From a virus (taxonomy: Duplodnaviria; Heunggongvirae; Uroviricota; Caudoviricetes), in IMG/VR virus record IMGVR_UViG_2857349434_000001, positions 1 to 64,000 of that record: a stretch of 64,000 bases of DNA; one strand, written 5' to 3'. Numbering within the stretch: position 1 is the first letter of the stretch; the number at the start of each line of letters is the position of its first letter. The notes beneath the pieces were generated by a model. That model saw nothing but the letters and a program-made list of their open reading frames with translations. It ran no database searches and was not told the DNA's origin. Below, in pieces: positions 59,109-64,000 of the stretch. The position numbers were made by a program, and so were the translations under genes.

Positions 59109-61520
59109 TCACTTGTTGAAGTCGACCGGACACGCCCCGCTCTCGCAGTCGATGTGGACCTTGTCCACGTCCTCCGCCATCTGTTCAGCGATCGAGGCGA
59201 CAATCGCCTCATAGCGCGCCTTGGTGACAGGTTCCTCCGGCTGATACTCGTAGGACAGGGCGTCGACCTTCGGCAGCACCGACACGGCGCGCACCGTGTT
59301 GATGTTGGCATCCATGACCTTCGAGTATTCCTTGTAGCTCACCTTCTTGGGATCGTACTTCAGCGTGTAGGAGACCTGGTTGCCACCCTCACGGCCGATC
59401 CAGAACGTCTCCAGGAGCCTGAGCCAGCGGAACTGCTCCTCCATCGTCGCCTCGGACGCCGTGACGACCTCCGGCATGCCCAGCTGGCAGATCACCTGGG
59501 AGGTGGGGAAGCCGACGATCGTGGTGCCGGCGTAGCTCTGCAGCTCCTTGGTCGGATAGCCCTTGGCGGCGTATTCGGCCACCAGTGGGTCGTCAGAGCG
59601 GAACTGGACCCAGCGGAGGTACTCGCGCATGGGAGGCAGGTGAGCGCCCTCGGTGAGGCCGAAGAGCTTGCTGGTCGTGCCGGCCGGCTTGATGGTCCGG
59701 CGGGTGTGCGGGAACACGACGCCGAGATCCCGGCTGTAGCTGCTGGCCTCTTCGTCGACCACGCCGGCGAGCTCCTTCAGGCGGAGCCAGAAGGGCAGGG
59801 CGCGCGCGGCCGGCATCGGCATGAAGTTGCCGTTGGCGTCCTGCACCTGGTGGCCGTCACCGTCGATGGAGATCAGATCCCGGAAGGTGAGGCCGAAGCG
59901 CGCCCAGGCCCACTCCAGGATGCCCGTCAGGGACACCCCGATGCGGTTCGTGCGCTTGACCTCCCGGTCGTACATCGAGGACATGAGGTTGGTGCGGATC
60001 AGAGCGCGGGTGATATGGCGTGTGGCCTGTTCCTCTTCCCAGCTGTCGTTGGCGTGGAAGAGCGCCAGGTCGCCGATCACGCAGAAGGCGCCCAGGATGT
60101 AGAGCACGATCTCGCCGCAGGGGTTCACGATGAACTGGTAGACGTGATCCATGACCAGCTCGGCCATGGCGATCTGCATCTCGCGGAAGTCCTCGCCGCC
60201 GAACTTGGCGTAGGGGTAGACCAGGTAGTCGTCGGTGCCTTTGCGGTTGACGCTCAGCTTGGAGACGTTGAGGAAGCCGGTCTCGCCGGTGAGATCGTGG
60301 TACTGGCGGCGCTTCATGGCCTCGTTCAGATCGTGTGCCCACTTCTCCAGGCCGGTGAGCTCGATGCCGTTGCGCAGCATGTGCTTGGCACGGCGGAGGC
60401 ACTCGTAGAACTCGTCGTCGACCGCGACCGAGTTGTTCGAGGACCAGAGGAACGAGCCGTACTGCGGGAGGCCGGCCATGCTGTCGACCTCTTCCCAGCT
60501 GCGGCCGATGAACTCGATCGGGCGCTTGAGGTCGATGAAGGCGAAGATGCCGGGGTCTTTCCAGTATTTGGTCGCGATGCGCGCAGCGCGACGGGCGCCG
60601 CCCACCAGGACGCATTCGGCCAGATAGTGGTCGGCGTACATCGCCGCTGCCCATTTCGGCATGTCGAGGCCGCGTAGGCGAGCCACATTGGCGATCGCGC
60701 CCATGAGCGGGCCGGGGCCGGAGGCCGGGCGGTTCTGCATGCCCTTGATCGGCTCGCCGAAGCCGCGGACCTTGCTGAAGTCGAGGATGAGGAAGTGGTC
60801 GGTCAGGCCCTTGTAGGTGGCGACCTCGATCTCCTCCACGGCCTTGGCCCAGCCCTCACGGCTGTCGTCCACCATGTGGTAGATAGTCTTCTGGCCGGCG
60901 TGGAGGTGCATGGCCTCGCGCGGCGTCATGTAGCCGGAGATCCGACCAGACAGCACGTCAGGGTGGGTGTTGTCGATCACGCAGACCACGCGCGGCTGGA
61001 TCGTCCAGTCGACGAGCATCAGGGCGTCGTCGTAGCTCGAGCCCACGCCGGAGCCGGAGAGCAGCAGCTGGAAGGCCATGGCGCGGAACATCGCCGTCGA
61101 GCAGTTGGTGAAGACCTCCATCGGGCGGTCCTTCTGGCGGATGTCGCCGTGCTGAAGATGGCGGCCGGAGAGCAGGATGGTGCCCTCGGCGATGTGGTAG
61201 CGGAGGCCGTCCAGGTCGTAGCAGTGCGGGTGGAGAGAGGTGTTGCCCTCGGCCACGCGCAGAGCGACGTCGGCCCAGGTCTCGCGCCGCGTCTCCGGCT
61301 TACGGCCCATGAACGGTACGGTCTTGTCGTCGACGATCTTGATCAGGGGGAAGGTAAGGCTTAGTGCGGACCACCACGACTTGTAGTCGGGGTCGGCGGG
61401 GTTAAGAGAGACGGAGCGCGCGCCTGCCCATTCGGTCTTCGCTTCGTCGGTGAGGATCAGGCGAGAAACGGTGCGCTCGGCGACACCCTGGCCCATCCCC
61501 GGAAAGAAATCTCGGGACAT
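59109..61520 (-). CDS. ribonucleotide reductase, probably class II (adenosylcobalamin-dependent NrdJ-like)
   Basis: 803 aa; thiyl-radical loop NPCGEI; C-terminal CESGAC pair. Confidence 0.7.
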   Translation of the reverse strand: MSRDFFPGMGQGVAERTVSRLILTDEAKTEWAGARSVSLNPADPDYKSWWSALSLTFPLIKIVDDKTVPFMGRKPETRRETWADVALRVAEGNTSLHPHCYDLDGLRYHIAEGTILLSGRHLQHGDIRQKDRPMEVFTNCSTAMFRAMAFQLLLSGSGVGSSYDDALMLVDWTIQPRVVCVIDNTHPDVLSGRISGYMTPREAMHLHAGQKTIYHMVDDSREGWAKAVEEIEVATYKGLTDHFLILDFSKVRGFGEPIKGMQNRPASGPGPLMGAIANVARLRGLDMPKWAAAMYADHYLAECVLVGGARRAARIATKYWKDPGIFAFIDLKRPIEFIGRSWEEVDSMAGLPQYGSFLWSSNNSVAVDDEFYECLRRAKHMLRNGIELTGLEKWAHDLNEAMKRRQYHDLTGETGFLNVSKLSVNRKGTDDYLVYPYAKFGGEDFREMQIAMAELVMDHVYQFIVNPCGEIVLYILGAFCVIGDLALFHANDSWEEEQATRHITRALIRTNLMSSMYDREVKRTNRIGVSLTGILEWAWARFGLTFRDLISIDGDGHQVQDANGNFMPMPAARALPFWLRLKELAGVVDEEASSYSRDLGVVFPHTRRTIKPAGTTSKLFGLTEGAHLPPMREYLRWVQFRSDDPLVAEYAAKGYPTKELQSYAGTTIVGFPTSQVICQLGMPEVVTASEATMEEQFRWLRLLETFWIGREGGNQVSYTLKYDPKKVSYKEYSKVMDANINTVRAVSVLPKVDALSYEYQPEEPVTKARYEAIVASIAEQMAEDVDKVHIDCESGACPVDFNK

Positions 61521-61553
61521 AAAAAACCTCTCAGTTCGGTGGGAACTGAGAGG
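61521..61553 (-). terminator. rho-independent terminator (minus strand)
   Basis: CCUCUCAGUU-N7-AACUGAGAGG followed by UUUUUU. Confidence 0.6.
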
Positions 61554-61605
61554 TAAGAAATCAAAATCTTGTATGTCAGTGATGCAATTTGCTCACCCTA
61601 TAGTA

Positions 61606-62172
61606 TCACCACTTTTTTCCGCCGACGCCCTTACGGTGTTCGGCGGTGTGGTCTTTCCTGACCTTGTTGAAGGCCGTCTTCTCAAGGTAGGCGCCGTCGA
61701 GATCATAGTCCCACTTGTTGGCGTATTCCTTGATCCGCTCCAGCGTGTTGTAGAGCTGCTCGCCGATCAACCTACGGGCCTCGGGGAAATAGTCACGATC
61801 GTTGTAGCAGAGCTCGCCGAGCTCCACGACCATCTTTGAGATGTCGAACAGGGCAGCACCCTTGTTGTCGGGGAGCGGTTCCAGGCTGTAGCCGCCAGGG
61901 CGGATGTCGTAGCCATAGGCGCCGGCGAAGTCGCCGATGCGAATGATGGCGTCGACCAGTTCCACCTCGGCCGCGGGGCGGAGAGGCAACTTGTCGTCCA
62001 TCAGGCCCTTGCGCTCGCCCTCCATCGCCTCGGCGATCTCTGACACGACGAGCATGAGCAGCTCGTCCTTGTCTCGATCCAGGCGAGCGCCGGTGTCTAG
62101 GTCGTGCCACCACTTGGCATTGTTCTGGTGGCATTCGTAGGCGAGCTGGTTGTAGGAGAGACCGTTGATCAT
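61606..62172 (-). CDS. MazG-like nucleotide pyrophosphohydrolase candidate (188 aa)
   Basis: Trimmed to Met35; LVVSEIAEAMEGERK resembles the MazG EExxE helix; weak call. Confidence 0.4.
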   Translation of the reverse strand: MINGLSYNQLAYECHQNNAKWWHDLDTGARLDRDKDELLMLVVSEIAEAMEGERKGLMDDKLPLRPAAEVELVDAIIRIGDFAGAYGYDIRPGGYSLEPLPDNKGAALFDISKMVVELGELCYNDRDYFPEARRLIGEQLYNTLERIKEYANKWDYDLDGAYLEKTAFNKVRKDHTAEHRKGVGGKKW

Positions 62173-62378
62173 TCGAAACCTCGTCTGATGAGCGCGGCGA
62201 CCACGACGCCTGTCCAGGCACCGGCGCCAAGCGCGGGGATTTGCATGTCGAAGGGGGAGGGGAAGGTGAGCCACAGGCCGTACGCGATGACGCCGGCCAG
62301 TGGTGGCACCACGATCAGGCAGATGAGCGCCGTGATCGTGGTGAAGGTCTCGATGACCTTACGCACTGGGTGACTCAT
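62169..62378 (-). CDS. small membrane protein (69 aa)
   Basis: Trimmed to Met36; two hydrophobic helices. Confidence 0.45.
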   Translation of the reverse strand: MSHPVRKVIETFTTITALICLIVVPPLAGVIAYGLWLTFPSPFDMQIPALGAGAWTGVVVAALIRRGFE

Positions 62379-62985
62379 AGGGCCACGGTGGGAACCTGGT
62401 GCCCGGGTCCAGGAAGCCGTCCACGAGGGGGATCGGCGTGCCCACTTCAGCCGGGTTCGGTGGATAGCCTGGGAGGCTCTCACTCAGCTCTTCGAACTGA
62501 CCTGCGATGACCTCGTCATTGGCAAGGTTCCTGACCGTCTCCTCCGAGAGCTCGTCCAAGACGATGGTAGCCTTGAGCTCGGCCTGCTGGCGCTGCCGGA
62601 GACGCTCCTTGTGGACCGCCTTCAGACGCTCGACCCATTCCTCGCCCTGGTGGAGGAGATCGGCCTCGACCTGGGACTTGCGCCGGTTGTCGATCAGCGT
62701 GCCGTGGGCGGCTGCGTCGATCAGGATCGAGCAGCACGCCTTGACGGCGCCGAGGTTCTTGACGAACGTGTCGCGGGTCAGCTCCTCGCCGACCTTGTAG
62801 AGCTGCAGGTGGCGCATGGCCGCCTCGACGTACGTCATGGCCTCGACCATGGTGTCCCGCCAGTTGTGCGGGTCGTACTTCAGCATCCCGTCGTAGAGGG
62901 CCTCCAGCTCTGCCAGCTGGGCGGAGAGCGGGATGTAGGCCAGCGGGGGCTTCTTGTCGCCGAAGGCTTGCTTGGGATTAGACAT
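62359..62985 (-). CDS. hypothetical protein (208 aa)
   Basis: Track ORF; reasonable composition. Confidence 0.5.
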   Translation of the reverse strand: MSNPKQAFGDKKPPLAYIPLSAQLAELEALYDGMLKYDPHNWRDTMVEAMTYVEAAMRHLQLYKVGEELTRDTFVKNLGAVKACCSILIDAAAHGTLIDNRRKSQVEADLLHQGEEWVERLKAVHKERLRQRQQAELKATIVLDELSEETVRNLANDEVIAGQFEELSESLPGYPPNPAEVGTPIPLVDGFLDPGTRFPPWPYESPSA

Positions 62986-63508
62986 GGAGCAGGCCCTCCT
63001 TGACGAAGAGCTTGGTCAGCTCGGTCTCGCAACGACGCTGGCCCCAGAAGTCGACCTTAACGCCGCCGAGCGGTTCCCAGAACTTGGCGTTCCAGGGCTC
63101 GTCGAAGACCTGGAGCATCTCGTCCGCGCAGATGCGACGGTCGTATTGCTCCAGCTCCTCCATGTGTTCCCACGGCTCGTTGACGGACAGGAAGATCACG
63201 CGGAGCATGGCCTTCTCCAGGGCGCTGTAGCCGTCGATCGCACGCTTGATCGGGTTCGGGAGATCCAGCAGACCAAAGCCTTCGGACGTGTCGTGCAGGA
63301 TGGCGGCCCGCCGGAGGTGCTTCGGCACCTGGCGGTAGAGCTTCACCTCATGCTCGGCCACGTAGTAGGGCTTCTTGGTCTGGCCGGAGTAGCGGGGAAG
63401 ACGAGAGAGCGCGCGGATGGCGACCTTGAAGTCGACATCGGTGACCTGGAAGTCCAGCGGATTTACCAGGCGCATGTTGCCCAACAAGATACGAGGATCA
63501 GCTCCCAT
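62978..63508 (-). CDS. HD-domain 5'-deoxynucleotidase (YfbR-like)
   Basis: YYVAEHEV...ILHDTSEGFGLLDLPNPIK parallels the YfbR H...LHDASE..TGDLPTPVK. Confidence 0.6.
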   Translation of the reverse strand: MGADPRILLGNMRLVNPLDFQVTDVDFKVAIRALSRLPRYSGQTKKPYYVAEHEVKLYRQVPKHLRRAAILHDTSEGFGLLDLPNPIKRAIDGYSALEKAMLRVIFLSVNEPWEHMEELEQYDRRICADEMLQVFDEPWNAKFWEPLGGVKVDFWGQRRCETELTKLFVKEGLLHV

Positions 63509-63905
63509 GGAAGAACCTCCTCGGCGCGGTCGGACGGCGGCGCGGGATCAGGTACTGGACGACCCAGCCCTGGTCGATCGACTGGCACATCTCGTGGGTG
63601 CCCTGATCGAACTTGTGACGGGCGTCCTTCAACACCTCGTCGAACTCCTCGGCCCATTCGGTGCCACACCGCTTGATCGCGATGACGTGCTTGCGCACAT
63701 GCTCCCGGCCGAGCTCCTTGATGTCCGCGGGGCGCGGGCAGGCAGGAGGAAGAGTGGAGACTGCTGTCGGCCCGTAGCGGGCCACCAGAGAGTGGTAAGG
63801 AAGACCAAGACGACGGGCGACCATCGACAGATTGCCGCCCGTTTTCTTGATCTCTTCTTCTACTAGAGTATCAATTGCTGTTCGCTTCATTTGCCTCAAG
63901 CTCAA
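63498..63905 (-). CDS. Fis-type HTH DNA-binding protein (135 aa)
   Basis: GGNLSMVARRLGLPYHSLVARY resembles the Fis/NtrC C-terminal HTH GGN.S.AAR.LGI.R.TL.RK. Confidence 0.45.
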   Translation of the reverse strand: MSLRQMKRTAIDTLVEEEIKKTGGNLSMVARRLGLPYHSLVARYGPTAVSTLPPACPRPADIKELGREHVRKHVIAIKRCGTEWAEEFDEVLKDARHKFDQGTHEMCQSIDQGWVVQYLIPRRRPTAPRRFFHGS

Positions 63906-64000
63906 TGTAATAATCGGCTTGAGGGTATTTGTGGCTGACCAGCAGGATCTGCGAGATACGACTTGCGAGATACTCTAGGGTAAGCGCAGTATTATGGGCG

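Noticed and set aside
1-64000. Searched for a reverse transcriptase (DGR or retron), Cas genes, and the large ATPase, helicase or nuclease genes of classical defence systems (BREX, DISARM, Gabija, Septu, Wadjet, CBASS, Thoeris)
   Set aside because: No YADD-box protein, no Cas-like ORF and no large P-loop protein were found other than the primase-helicase, terminase and tape measure. Any defence function here must be non-canonical, as in the candidates listed under findings.

Overview
The whole 64 kb window reads as an integrated temperate siphovirus-like prophage in a high-GC (about 64%) genome, probably an alphaproteobacterium. The left edge is the 3' part of a tRNA-Lys(TTT) gene (1..46, + strand), followed by a tyrosine integrase and an AlpA/Xis-like gene. 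A long minus-strand block of small, translationally coupled early/accessory genes follows (1.4-25.1 kb). It encodes an RtcB RNA ligase, a minimal ATP-dependent DNA ligase, a Nudix hydrolase, an RpoA alpha-CTD-like protein, an SPFH/band-7 protein with an M20/M28-like peptidase-like protein and a 493-aa Cys-rich protein, and a Prim-Pol/D5-type primase-helicase. A divergent switch region at about 25.1 kb starts a plus-strand late block. That block holds the terminase large subunit, an SGNH/GDSL protein, portal, a collagen-like fibre cluster, a prohead protease-scaffold fusion and the major capsid. It continues with a tail chaperone pair that has a -1 frameshift site (TTTTTTC), a tape measure with a lytic transglycosylase domain, lambda/GTA-like distal tail genes (M/L-like, NlpC/P60, JAB/MPN, I-like), a metallophosphoesterase moron and a 1640-aa J-like host-specificity protein. 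It ends with three tandem paralogs and a lysis cassette (holin, signal-anchored GH24 endolysin, overlapping spanins). The right end (59.1-63.9 kb, minus strand) is a nucleotide-metabolism module (class II-like ribonucleotide reductase, MazG-like, YfbR-like HD), and the prophage continues past the window. No classical NTPase-based defence system, CRISPR array or reverse transcriptase was seen. The most unusual material is the repair-enzyme set in the early region, the SPFH-peptidase-Cys-rich operon, and two ribbon-helix-helix genes embedded in the late region together with a gene guarded by two perfect 16-bp palindromes. Several marked AT-rich or repeat-bearing non-coding islands also stand out. 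Small ORFs found by hand are anchored to the ORF track and could be off by 1 nt.
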